Below, one piece after another: positions 16,401 to 26,800 of a stretch of DNA of 64,000 bases. Every line of letters begins with the position of its first letter. Position 1 is the stretch's first letter. The translations under genes were made by a program, and so were the position numbers. The DNA lies in assembly GCA_021739645.1 (NCBI GenBank), contig JAIPBL010000005.1, forward strand, positions 71,378 through 135,377, in the 5' to 3' direction. The notes below the pieces were generated by a model that was not told the origin of the DNA, made no database searches, and was given only the letters and a program-made list of their open reading frames with translations. This DNA is from Saprospiraceae bacterium. GTDB lineage: Bacteria; Bacteroidota; Bacteroidia; Chitinophagales; Saprospiraceae.

Positions 16401-18698
16401 GTCAATATAGGCGGATGCAATGGCTTGAACAGCCTGAACGGATTAGGGGGCATCACTTCCATAGGAACATCGCTGCTTATTGGCGATAATATTGGTTTAA
16501 CCAGCCTAAATGGGTTAAACCCGATGCTGACCGACATTCCAGAGATTTTAGGTATATTCGGCTGTCCTGCCCTGCTCAACTTAACCGGGTTGGGGAATAT
16601 TACTTCCATTGGAAGCTTGGGGATAGAGAATAATGAAGGCTTGACCAGCCTGAGTGGGTTAAGCCCTCTTTTGACCAATATTCCAGGAGGACTGGATATT
16701 GTTGGTAATCCAACTTTGATCAACCTTACTGGACTGGAGGCCATCTCCACTGTTGGATTGTGGTTGCATATTTCCGATAATACAGGTCTGCTGGACTTCA
16801 ATGGTTTGAACAGCCTTAGTTCTGTTGGAGGGGATTTGGTTATTTCCGATAATACAGGTCTGCCTGACTTGAATGGTTTGAACAGCCTCAGTTCTGTTGG
16901 AGGGGATATGCTTATTATCAGCAATACAAGTCTCCATGACTTCAATGGTTTGAATAGCCTCAGTACTGTTGGAGGTGGGTTTCGGGTTATTGGCAACTCG
17001 GTTTTAGCGAGCCTGGATGGGTTGGATAACCTCATTTCTATCGGATTCAATGGTTTTTACCAATATAACCTCATCATTGGTAACAACCCACTACTGGCCG
17101 ACCTGAGCGCCTTGCTGAACCTCATGACCTGTAACGGGGGCATTCTCACCATAGAGCAAAATAACGCTTTGACTTCCTTGTATGGTTTGGATAATTTAGA
17201 CCTGTCCAACGTAAGTGCTCTTGTACTGATTAATTCCCCAAACCTATCCATCTGCGGCGTCCCAAGCATCTGTGCCTACCTGAACAATGGCGGCTCCGCC
17301 GCAATTAGTGGCAATGCGCCGGATTGCATGGATGTCATGACAATGGTCGAGTCATGTGAATTTTGCGTTTGGGGAGTCAATGCAGTCGGCGATTGGAGTG
17401 ACGACTCGAAATGGTCCTGTGGCCATGCACCTGCCATCGGCGATAATGCAAAAATAACCAGCGGAAACGTCACGCTTGATATCGCACCACTTACTACCAT
17501 CCAAAATCTAACCATGACGGGAGGAACCCTGACCGGGAACAATGACCTCACCATCACGGATGCCATGAACTGGTCGGGTGGGGAAATAAGCGGTGCTAGC
17601 ACATTGACCGTGAACGGGCTGATGACAATCACCAATGCTCCCATATTGTCCGGTATGGGCCTCGCTACCAACAATCCCTTCAACAATGAAGGCATTTTCA
17701 CCCTGGAATCCGCTACGTTTATCGTCAACAATACCTTCAACAACACGGGCACAATCAAGGGCTGTAACGGCGGCACATTAGATTTAACAAACGCCAATGT
17801 CACCAGCACGGGCGATATCGCTCCCGGTTGCTCCCCCGGCATTCTCTCCATAATCGGTGACTACGACAACGGTGGCGGCAACCTCGACATCGAACTCGGT
17901 GGCACCACCGTCGAAACAGAGTACGACCGCCTGAATATCAACGGTATTGCCACCCTTTCTGGCGGCAACATCAACCTCACGCTCGTCAACGGTTACACGC
18001 CACAGGTAGGGCATAGCTTCATCATCCTCGACGCAACATCATTGACCGGCGCTTTTGCCACACCAAGCAACCCGTTTGTTTTTGCTGGGTACAACTGGGG
18101 AATCGTGTATGACGAGGCGCTGGGCACGGTCACGCTCAACGTAGATTCGCCTTTGCCCCTCGAACTCCTCAGTTTTAATGCTTTTGCCGAAGGCGAAACA
18201 AACCAACTCACCTGGCGCACCGCCTCCGAAAGCAACTTCTCACACTTTGAAATCGAGCGCAGCCCCGACGGAAAAAATTGGTCCAAACTCGGTGAAGTGG
18301 CTGGTGCAGGCAGTTCCACGGTGGAACATTCCTACCAATTCTCCGACCGCCAGCCTTTGCCGCTCGGCTACTACCGCCTGCGCTTGGTGGATTTGGACGG
18401 CAGTGAGGAGTTTTCAAAAATCGTGTCGGTGGAGCAGGATGGGCAGGTCAGCGAGGTGCATATTTCACCCAATCCGTTTGAAGATAAGTTGGGTCTTTAT
18501 TTCGAAGCGAAGGATGCGGCAGTGATTGGTTTTTTCATGTCGGATATGACAGGGCGGATGGTTTGGCAATCGGAACATGCAGTGGAAAAAGGGCAAAACC
18601 AACTGGATTTCGAGATGGCGGCACTGCCACAAGGGGTGTACTCTCTGCTCATTCAGTCGCCTGACAAGAAGGTTTCAGTGAGGGTGGTGAAGCTGTGA
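13482..18698 (+). CDS. giant surface protein: receptor-L-domain/LRR-like repeats, beta-helix-like region, T9SS type A C-terminal sorting domain
   Basis: Signal peptide. Dozens of ~22-24 aa repeats (L.SIGG.L.I..N..L..L.GL..L). Three Cys-bounded supermodules begin with CPPGD...YPGCT..(I/L).G.(V/L).I.G at about 13545, 15408 and 15783. An autotransporter-like segment follows (TIQNLTMTGGTLTGNNDLTITDAMNWSGGEISG). The C-terminus ISPNPFEDKLGLYFE...GVYSLLIQSPDKKVSVRVVKL is typical of the type A CTD. Confidence 0.9.
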   Translation: MKPLYLLLVFFFFRCFSLNAQCPPGDITFYSQQEINDFQTMYPGCTVINGNVTISGADITDVAGIGMLTAISGDYVFENNTILTNPAGFSTPFTIGGNLRFENNGALTQTTNFYTYLTSIGGELQVIGNGALFILNGFGTTTSIGGIHIENNPMLADFGPFGDLDFSGNVSIINNDAMTALNGLSSTTAVGGNLAISDNNLLTSLFGLNSVLSVGGDISISGNAALPNFIGLNMLATVGGGLTIQANDALLSFSGMSALNSIGGVFDIEYNNGLNNFFGLNSLTAHSGELRIANNAAIPSMLGLGNITSIGTLHIENNDDLIDLNGLDVLATIGELHVEGNQDLNSLGGANLLTTVTSFRIYSNPGLTSLSGLNSITSIGSLYVFDNTGLTGLFGLTGLTSLTNLSLDNNPALINLSGMPLLTSIVGTVGISNNGALPNLAGLSAITSIGGNLVLSNNDALNIPLGLNNLASITGNLRILDNAALTDLTGFNMLASIGGELEVDDNAAMASLTGLGSVTSIGSFRIENNLNINLSGGLGALTTIGNGVFIYNNNSLNSLAGLINVNSIGGGWIQITSNNALSSLDGLDNIAYNSIGFLNLQLCPQLSTCNVPSVCAYLANGGMTGIADNATGCDNEIEVVGTCTCPPGDVVLTSQAQIDAFAATYPGCTTLAGSLTISGTGINSLSGLSGLTAIDGFLSVQDCDQLASLSGLDNIAYTSISHLYLQGSAMLSTCEISNICTYVFLNLPATVSANAMGCSSVGEIQLACPVVCPVGDVELHSQSDVDVFPVNYPGCTTITGSLQIHGISTGSDIENLDGLNQLTAITGHLIIDNTTVLDDISGLEHISSIGGGVVIGSNTALTNLSGLGGLTTLGGALSIQNNSTNFTSLSGLNPLLTSVGGGITIDGNHGLANLTGLGNISSIGGALNLSGAGFTSLNGLSPFLTSVAGISLYNSLGLTSLNGLSNISSVGELVNIGGCNGLNSLNGLGGITSIGTSLLIGDNIGLTSLNGLNPMLTDIPEILGIFGCPALLNLTGLGNITSIGSLGIENNEGLTSLSGLSPLLTNIPGGLDIVGNPTLINLTGLEAISTVGLWLHISDNTGLLDFNGLNSLSSVGGDLVISDNTGLPDLNGLNSLSSVGGDMLIISNTSLHDFNGLNSLSTVGGGFRVIGNSVLASLDGLDNLISIGFNGFYQYNLIIGNNPLLADLSALLNLMTCNGGILTIEQNNALTSLYGLDNLDLSNVSALVLINSPNLSICGVPSICAYLNNGGSAAISGNAPDCMDVMTMVESCEFCVWGVNAVGDWSDDSKWSCGHAPAIGDNAKITSGNVTLDIAPLTTIQNLTMTGGTLTGNNDLTITDAMNWSGGEISGASTLTVNGLMTITNAPILSGMGLATNNPFNNEGIFTLESATFIVNNTFNNTGTIKGCNGGTLDLTNANVTSTGDIAPGCSPGILSIIGDYDNGGGNLDIELGGTTVETEYDRLNINGIATLSGGNINLTLVNGYTPQVGHSFIILDATSLTGAFATPSNPFVFAGYNWGIVYDEALGTVTLNVDSPLPLELLSFNAFAEGETNQLTWRTASESNFSHFEIERSPDGKNWSKLGEVAGAGSSTVEHSYQFSDRQPLPLGYYRLRLVDLDGSEEFSKIVSVEQDGQVSEVHISPNPFEDKLGLYFEAKDAAVIGFFMSDMTGRMVWQSEHAVEKGQNQLDFEMAALPQGVYSLLIQSPDKKVSVRVVKL
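16770..16985 (+). repeat. three tandem 72-bp (24-codon) coding repeats inside the adhesin gene
   Basis: Units at 16770-16841 and 16842-16913 differ at only about 7 of 72 nt (ISDNTGLLDFNGLNSLSSVGGDLV versus ISDNTGLPDLNGLNSLSSVGGDML). The third unit (16914-16985) is more diverged. Confidence 0.85.
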
Positions 18699-19011
18699 AG
18701 CGCTGGGGTTTCCATTGGTCGTGCGAAATCACAAAGCATCTTTAAGTCATTTAAAAACTATAGAACAGTTCAGGTTTAGAAGGTCGGCTTATCCGCTACG
18801 GAACGTAGTGAAAAATAAGTTTTCACTTTGGGCGCCTCCATTGTCCCGATGATTTTGTTTGCAAATCAGTTGCCCCGACAAATTGTCTAGGCAATTGTGC
18901 GCCTGTTTTATTGTCTCGCTGTCGGAAAAATACACTCACCGAAACTGACATTTATCTTTCACTCGTTCCTAAAAATTTTACCTTTGGAAAAAATCAGCAA
19001 CCAGAGTTTCA

Positions 19012-20334
19012 ATGCGCAACCTGTACCTCTCCGACCGCTTTTTCCTGCTTTTTGGCTTGATGGCTGTACTGTTTGCACTGGGCTATGTCGTGCCGACACT
19101 GTACCCCGTAGCCATTGGAGCATTCTGCGTGGTGGTGGCATTGGTGTTGGCGGACGTGATTTTGCTTTTTGGTAAAAACGTCAGCGTGACGGCGGAGCGC
19201 AAGCTGCCCAAGCTCCTCTCACTGAGCGACGAGAACACGGTCGAACTGCGCATCTCCAACCTCTCCCCTCGCCCACTCCGCCTCACTGTCATTGATGAGT
19301 TGCCCGTGCAATTTCAGATTCGTGATTTTGAGCAAAAAATTGGGCTGCACAGCGGGGAGTCACAGTCGCTAGGGTACGAATTGAGGCCGCTCACCCGTGG
19401 CGAGTACAGTTTTGGTGTCGCCAATATTTTTGCAGCAACAAAAATCGGGCTGGTGCAGCGCCGCTTCCAGGCTGCCGAGCCGATGGAGGTGCCTGTTTAC
19501 CCCTCCGTCATCCAGATGAAGCACTACGAGTTGTTGGCCTTCAACCGCACCAGTGCACAGGAGGGGCTTCGCAAAATCAGGCGAATCGGCCACAGCTACG
19601 AGTTCGACCAAATCAAAAACTATGTGCTCGGCGACGACTACCGCAGCATCAATTGGAAGGCCACCAGCCGCCAGAGCAAGCTGATGGTGAACATGTACGA
19701 GGACGAACGCTCGCAGCAGGTGTATTGCATCATCGACAAAAGCCGCTCGATGAAGATGCCCTTCAATGGCCTCAGCCTGCTCGACTATGCCATCAACACC
19801 AGCCTCGCCATTTCCAATATTGTCCTAAAAAAATACGACCGGGCGGGCCTCATCACCTTCTCCGACAAGATTGGTTCCACCATCAAGGCCGACCGTAAAG
19901 CGAATCAGTTGAACAAAATCCTGCACGCCCTTTACAACGAAAAAGAGCGCCCATTGGAAGCAAACTACGAACTGCTTTACCACATCGCCCGCAAACTCAT
20001 TACGGGCCGCAGCCTGATTTTGCTCTATACCAATTTCGAGAGCATGTACGCCCTGGAGCGGGTACTGCCAATGCTCCGCCGCATCAATGCATTCCACCTG
20101 TTGGTGGTAGTTTTTTTCGAAAACACGGAGATTCAGGATTTTGTGAAGGAAGAAACCAAGACGATTGAAGCCATTTACACCCAAACCATGGCTCAGAATT
20201 ACCTCGCCGAGAAGTCTGCTATGGCGTATGTCTTGCGGCAGCACGGCATCCAAACCATCCTCACTCGCCCGGAGGATTTGTCCATGAATACCATCAATAA
20301 ATATTTGGAGTTGAAGTCGAGGGGAATGATTTGA
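19012..20334 (+). CDS. DUF58 domain-containing protein (MoxR-associated vWA-like family)
   Basis: Two N-terminal TM helices. Core motif YEFDQIKNYVLGDDYRSINWKATSRQSKLMVNMYEDERSQQVYCIIDKSRSM. Confidence 0.85.
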   Translation: MRNLYLSDRFFLLFGLMAVLFALGYVVPTLYPVAIGAFCVVVALVLADVILLFGKNVSVTAERKLPKLLSLSDENTVELRISNLSPRPLRLTVIDELPVQFQIRDFEQKIGLHSGESQSLGYELRPLTRGEYSFGVANIFAATKIGLVQRRFQAAEPMEVPVYPSVIQMKHYELLAFNRTSAQEGLRKIRRIGHSYEFDQIKNYVLGDDYRSINWKATSRQSKLMVNMYEDERSQQVYCIIDKSRSMKMPFNGLSLLDYAINTSLAISNIVLKKYDRAGLITFSDKIGSTIKADRKANQLNKILHALYNEKERPLEANYELLYHIARKLITGRSLILLYTNFESMYALERVLPMLRRINAFHLLVVVFFENTEIQDFVKEETKTIEAIYTQTMAQNYLAEKSAMAYVLRQHGIQTILTRPEDLSMNTINKYLELKSRGMI

Positions 20335-20364
20335 TTGCGGATTTTGGATTGCGGATTGCGGATT
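20333..20364. repeat. left inverted heptamer repeat (GCGGATT)n bounding the four-helix-bundle cassette
   Basis: GATTGCGGATTTTGGATTGCGGATTGCGGATT matches the reverse complement of 20805-20837 at about 29/32. It overlaps the DUF58 stop codon (20332-20334). Confidence 0.85.
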
Positions 20365-20432
20365 AGGGAGACTGCGGAATTGAAAAAGTATGGCCTTCAT
20401 TTTAAGATTAAGCCATTGGAAATAGACATACT

Positions 20433-20789
20433 ATGACTGAGAAAGAACTGCAAGATAGGTTGAAACGATTTGCTGTTTCAATTGTAAAATTTGCGGAAGC
20501 GCTACCTGAGACACCTGGTTGCCGTACGGTTAGAAATCAAATCGTTCGCAGTGGGCCTTCTGCTGCTGCAAATTACAGGGCAGCTTGCCGTCCCAAGTCG
20601 AATGCAGATTTCATTTCAAAACTTGGGACGGTAGAAGAAGAATTGGACGAGACAATGTTTTGGTTAGAGTTTGTTGTTGCACTCTCTGAAGAATTCCGGC
20701 CAACAATCTCACCCCTGTGGAAAGAAGGAAATGAACTACTTTCCATCATCATTGCAAGCATAAAAACTTCAAAAGCTAAAAAACGATAA
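20433..20789 (+). CDS. four-helix-bundle protein (23S rRNA intervening-sequence protein family)
   Basis: Family-typical RFAVSIVKFAEALPE......NQIVRSGPSAAANYRAACRPKSNADFISKLGTVEEELDETMFWLE. Confidence 0.88.
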   Translation: MTEKELQDRLKRFAVSIVKFAEALPETPGCRTVRNQIVRSGPSAAANYRAACRPKSNADFISKLGTVEEELDETMFWLEFVVALSEEFRPTISPLWKEGNELLSIIIASIKTSKAKKR

Positions 20790-20804
20790 GTTGTGTACTG
20801 TCCC

Positions 20805-20837
20805 GAATCCGCAATCCGCAATCCTCATTCCGCAATC
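20805..20837. repeat. right inverted heptamer repeat (AATCCGC)n bounding the four-helix-bundle cassette
   Basis: GAATCCGCAATCCGCAATCCTCATTCCGCAATC. It abuts or overlaps the stop codon (20836-20838) of the convergent adhesin gene. Confidence 0.85.
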
Positions 20838-23800
20838 AACGCAGCAGCGTGATATTTCCTTTCTTGAAATAATCCTGCCCGTTGTAGCACTTGGCGTGGA
20901 GGTAGAAACCATAAACATCAGGCGAGAGCTTTTCGCCCTTGAAGGTGCCGTCCCAACCGATGCTTTGGTCCTCTGAGTAAAAAACCCGTTGCCCCCAGCG
21001 GTTGTAAATGGCCAGTTCCATCACCTCCACGATGTTGCTGCGGAAGATAAGCACGTCGTTCTCGCCGTCGTTGTTCGGTGTGAAGGCGTTCGGGAGGAAG
21101 AGGTTTGGCTCGTCGCAATCGGGATTAAGTACCACGATGGTCACCTCTCGGAAGGCCTGGCAATCGCCCTCGTCCGTCACCAGCACCGTATAAGTGGTGG
21201 TGGTATCAGGTTCGGCGATTGGGTTTGGGATGGTTGGGTCATCGAGGCCCGCTTCGGGCGTCCACTGGTAAGTGTAGCCGGGCAGGTCGTCAATGTTCAG
21301 TTGCGAAAATTCACCTGAATTGTAGTAAATCGAACTATCGCTGGAAGTGATTTGCCCCAGTGTCGGCTCAATGTTGTAGTAGGAAATGTCGGTGGTCTCT
21401 TCTTCCGTACACCCGTATTGATTGGTGGCTACCACCGTGAAGGTTTCATCGAACACCAAGCCTGTTACGACAATGCTCCCATCTGAATTCTGCATATCAA
21501 CATAGTCAGATGGAGACCACTCAAAAGTCAGCGTTTGCTCGGGATGGTGGTTGATTACCGGTATAGTCAGGTTTCCTATCTCCTCACAAAAATTAAAATA
21601 ATCATCCACCGAAATGTCCACGGGGTAAGCGTAAATGACCACCTGCGCCGTGTCATGGCAGCCGAGCGTGTCGGTCGTTTGCACATAATAATACTCCGTT
21701 TCGTGCGGCGTAACGGTTACGCTGGCAGTGGTGGCAAGCGGGTTGGAGAAATCCAACGACTGCGACCAGGCAAGCCCAGAAATGACATTGGAAGTGTAAA
21801 ACGCCGACAAGGTCAAATCAATGCTGTCGCAAAGCATGGTGTCAACCGGGCTGGTGGTCAAGTTGTGCTTTGGCATCACCCGCACCTGCACGGTTTGAGA
21901 AAACGAGCAGGTATCAGCACCGTTGAAGCCCAGAATGGTCACCGTGTAAATCTGGTTCGCATCGAGCGTGGCCACGGGGTTCGGGCAGTCATAGCAGTCA
22001 AGCCCAACCATTGGCAACCAAGCGTAGCTCAAAGTGGAAGCAGCGGCCTCTGGGTTGATGGGCGTTGGCACATCAGGACAAATATCCACGATGTCCCTGG
22101 CCATTGGGTCAAAAACATAGGTAGTCACATCGAAGTCCCGAGTTTCGCTGCACCCCCACTGGTTGGTCACCAAAACCTGAAAGTTCGAGGTGACGCCCTG
22201 TTGGGAGGTCACGCTCGGGCAAGCCGTGTCGCCACCGCTGAGGATGGTGCCACCGCTGGAGGCTGTCCAGTTGAAGGTCAAAATATCGTTGATGTCGAGA
22301 TTGGTGACGCAGATATTGTAATTCGGCATTGGGCATGTGTCAATCACGCCGTTGCCATCCAGCAAAATGTCGAGCTGGTAGTTGGCGACAACAACCTCAT
22401 CCGTTGCGGAGCAACCAAAAGCGTCTGTCACGCAGATGGTGTAAGTGGCGGAACTATCCGGGTCAACGGTCAAAGATGGTTGGGTACCGAGCGGGTTTCC
22501 AGCTTCGTCCTTCCAGGTCAAAATTGGCATTACCACGTTCGTTTGAGCGGAAATCACAATCGGCTCACCGCAGGTGAAGGTGTCCACCGTTTCCGTGATT
22601 TGGATAATTGGCGCAGCCGTAACATTCACCTGAATTACTTCCTGGCATTGGTCAAGTCCGAAATTATCACTTATCGTCACCGTGTAAATTGTTGATTGTG
22701 AAACGGTTACGGTTGGATTTGGACAATTGGTGCAGCTAAGTCCCGTTCCAGACGACCAAACATAATCCAAGTTCGGGTTTGCACCGGGGTTGAGCGCCTC
22801 ACCAACACCAGGACACACGTCCACATTTTCCACGACCGTTGGCACAAAATTATAGCTCGAAATAGCCTGCGTAAGCGACTTCGTGCAGCCGTACTGGTTC
22901 GTTACGGTGACACTGTAGTTGGCTGCCAAAGCAGCGGGTGGGGTCACCACCGTAACCATAGGTCCCATGGCTGGTGGTAGCACTTGACCCGGCGGTGTAG
23001 CAGACCAAACATAACTCAGGTTGTGGTCGCTCACAAGGTTGTTTACCGTCAACTGTACCGCCGTTTCGGGGCATTCAGTGCCTGCTTGCTGCCAGTTTAT
23101 TTTGACGGACTCGTTAGCCACGAAGATGGTGTCCTTATCAAAGCAACCATATTGGTCGGTGGCGGTCACCTCGTAGTTAGTATCAGCGGAGGGCAGCACC
23201 GTGAGACAGGCGCCGCTGCCGATAAAGCCGCCCGGCAGTGCCATCCAATCGTAATCAAGGTTTTGCAAATTGGCTGCTGCGCAAAGTGTAACTGGCGTCC
23301 CACAAGTCAACGTATCAGGTGGTACAGCCACGTTGACCTTTTCAGGGACAAACACCGTCACCGTCCTTGTCACCGAGCAGGTATCGGGCGAGAAGTTGGT
23401 GATTTCGACCGAGTAAACCGTCGTCTGCGTGGGCCAAACTGTTGGGTTGGCCACATCAGGGTTGCTTATTGCGATGTTGGGTGTCCAGTGGTATTCGTAG
23501 GTCGTGTTCCCAAAGGGGTTCAGCGCCGTTGAATCCCCCTGGCACAGCACGAGCGAATCCGAGAAGTTTATCTCGATAAAATCAAGTTTCAGGTCCTTCG
23601 TTTCGGAACCGTCGCAGCCGTTGTTGGTAAAAATATTCATCGTCACCTCAAAGGTCTCACCAGCGTAAACCGTGAATACGGGAGCAGGCAGGCTTGAAGT
23701 TTCGCCATTGCTCGTCACCCAAAAGAAACTGTCAATCGTGATGCCTGTCTGCAAAATTGTGGTGGCATCATGGAACTGTACCTCCACACTGTCCACATCG

Positions 23801-26800
23801 CAGGCTAGGTATTCGTAAGTAAAATCGGGGATAAATTGGGTAGAAACAAACGTGATATCTTTCACCAGTGTGTCCACGCAAGCAAGGTCAAAATCCATCG
23901 TGAGGCGCACGGTGTAGGTGCCGATGCCAGGGTAGGTGTATATCGGATTATCGAGGTGCGAAGTATCGTCCGTCATCGTCAGGTCGCCAAAATCCCATGA
24001 GTAGTTGAAGGCGTTGGCACTGGTGTTGATGAACTGCACCGTGCTGCCGTTGCATTCAACGAGGTATTCAAAATCCAGTACGTTGGCGGTATCCACCACG
24101 GCCATGTAAACGCTGTCCATTGCGGAGCAACCGAACTGGTTCGTGGCCTCCACGTAAAGCCAACGGGTGCCGGGCACAATCAGCACGGTCGGATTGGGCA
24201 CATCGGTAGGCCCACTGAAGATATCAACTGGCGTCCAGTTCCAAACCAGGGTGTCGTTCAAGTCGAGATTGGTGGCGTAGATGTTGAGCGGCTCATCAGA
24301 GCATTTGATTTGGTCGCCTACAGCCTCGATGTTGACCGGGCCGCCTACCACCTGAATGGTATCGTACCAGTGACAGCCAAGTGGATCCGTCGCCCGAACT
24401 ACGTAGTAGTCGTAGCCTGAGACCGTGACCGTGATGGAGGTCACGTCGCCCGCTACTTGCATGCCATTTTCATCAAACCAAGCGTAAGTCACTGGCAACA
24501 TGCCTGCCGAGGCCGTGAGCGTAGCAGTGGTATTGCAAGTTTGCACGTCGGCGCTGCCTATCAAATGCACGTCCGGCGGAACAATCACGGTAATTTGGCG
24601 CACGATGGTGCAGGTGTCCGCTCCGTTCGGATTCACCACTTCAACGGTGTAAATCGTTGTTTGTGAAGGATTTGCGCAAGGGCTAGGGCAGTCGTCGCAG
24701 CCAGGAATGGCTGGTGACCAATGGTAAATATAAGTCGAGTCGCCACCCACGTTCAGGCAAACACCGCCATTGAAACAACCAATAACTTCACTCCCATCCT
24801 CAAGATAGGGCAGCTCCGTCAGGTCAATCCAAAGTGAATCGAGCGCCGTGGTGGCCACACAATTTTCGCCAGTCGTAACCTGAAGTGTCACGTACAGCCA
24901 ACCTTCTTGTTGAACCGTGACAGTCGGGTTCATTTGCGTGGAAGTACCCGTTGCAACTCCTGTGAAAGTCCAGTGCCAGCCTTGGGTATCATCTTCGCTG
25001 TTGAATGTTTGGTCAAAAAATTTGATGGACACGGCGTCCTCGTTGCAGCCATTGTACTGGTAGCTGAAACCTGGCTCCAGCGTTTTCAATGTTGAGGAAA
25101 TCGTTTGTTGAATGGTATCCTTGCAGGCGGCATTCGGAGCGGTCATCAGCGTGACGGTGTAATCGCCGTAGGCTGGATAAGTCCAGGTTGGATTGGCTTG
25201 ACTGGAGGTGTCGCTGGCAGTTGCTAGGTCACCAAAATCCCAGAAGAAGCCGAAAGGAGCGAACTGGCTTTGGTTGATAAAATGTATCACCCTGCCATCA
25301 CAGTCCGCATCCGTCACAAAGGCCAACTGGACAGGCGTGAACACCTCAACGAACACATCGGCGATGGTCTGGCAGAGGCCGCTGTAACCCGTTATTGTCA
25401 CTACGTAATTGGTGCTCTGCGCTGGCGCAACGGCTGGGTTGGCCAGGTATTGCTGGGCTGCAGGCACTGGTGGCGCCCACTGAAAAGTAAAACCGGGCAT
25501 GTCCCCAGCGGGGTTGAGGTGTGTTGTTTCACCCAAACAAATCTGCACAGTATCTGACAAAAGGTCTTCTGGGTTGTTGCCGCCGGAGGTAAAGTTGACC
25601 ATTTTGGTTTGCTCGCAGCCGTTCACTGAATTTGCGGTGAGCGAAATGGTTCCACTGGAGGGGTTTGGTATTTGGAAAACGGGGTTTTGAAGGTTGGAAG
25701 TAAGTGTGGTACTGTCATAAGTCACTGTCCAATTCCATCCTAACACAGGCGAAACGTAATCTGTGGACAAGTCATGCAGCACCAGCACCGACTGGCTGGA
25801 GCAGTCATAAGTTTCCCATTCAAAATCAGGCGTCAAGGAATTGTATTGGAGGTAAATTTCATGGAAAGCCGTGTCCACGCACTGCCCAACGGGTTCAGCT
25901 ATCAATGCCACGATAAAAGTGCCAGTATCTGGATAAGTGAAGTTTGGTTCTTTAGCGGTGGAGCTTGGCGTCAGGTTTGGCCAGTCGAAGTACCAGATAA
26001 AATTTTGTGCGACATTGGTGTTGTTCCCAAAATGAACTGTGAGGTCGTCGCATTGTGCGTCAGGCGCAACGATTTGCACGTCTAGTTCGGCGCAAATACC
26101 GACTTCGTACTGGAAATCGCGGCGCACCACGGAAAGTAGCTGCCCATTCCGATATTCTTCCACCAAAACGCCCACCACGAAACGGCCTTGGATACTAGGG
26201 TATCCGGTAATAAGTCCGGTAATGGGGTCAATGCTCAATGGGTCACTACTTGGGCCAAGCAATTGGCCTAGGTTATAGGGTGGGTCATTCCAAACGACAG
26301 TGTCGTAGGGAGGGGGTTGAATTTCGTCAATTTCGTAGGGTGACCCGTAAGGCGGCTGGTCAGGAGTTGGAATCGGATAATCATAGTATGCTCCCGTAAA
26401 TGGCGTGTAAAACTTATACACTAAACTGTCTCCATCAATGTCCGTGGCTTGATGGGGATGCACAATCGGATAATTTACACAAACAAACACTGGGGGATAA
26501 AAACCAAATTGAGGGCTGCTATTGTGAAGATTTTTAGCATTTGGCGATAAATAAATCCAATAGGAGGCACCAGTCTCAAGCGGGTTGACGATGTTGTCCA
26601 ATGCTGAATTCCTACAGCAACGCTGGTAGGTGATGTAAATGCCCTGCGAGCCTACCAACCTGAATTTCCGTTGGTAACGGGCATGCTGAACACAAACTGA
26701 AGGTGGAACAAACAAGCAAGGGTCGCCTGCAATATTATTAGGAATGGTATCAAAAACGCCAACTGGAAACAACTTCATTTCGGTCGTCGAAACACCGGTG

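Noticed and set aside
13826-17851. Long antisense ORFs inside the first adhesin gene (for example 13826-14563, 14627-15118, 16118-17050, 17276-17851)
   Set aside because: These are artefacts of the periodic repeat structure, because stop codons are rare in the complementary frame. There are no start context or independent motifs.
18699-19011. tRNA, tmRNA, RNase P, SRP, 6S or riboswitch candidates in the larger intergenic regions (1650-1842, 18699-19011, 30693-30991, 46953-47265, 50872-51178, 59745-60053)
   Set aside because: I could not see cloverleaf-compatible arms or conserved boxes by eye. This is a weak negative. A covariance-model scan (Infernal/Rfam, tRNAscan-SE) is needed.
20433-20789. 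Four-helix-bundle protein as the Avd component of a diversity-generating retroelement
   Set aside because: There is no reverse transcriptase ORF in the window. I could not find a template/variable repeat pair with adenine-specific differences near it.
21535-22695. Antisense ORFs within the type B adhesin genes and the PorP gene (21535-22695(+), 43701-44972(+), 40545-41591(+), 46227-46823(+))
   Set aside because: Gly/Arg/His/Val-rich shadow frames opposite strongly supported genes.
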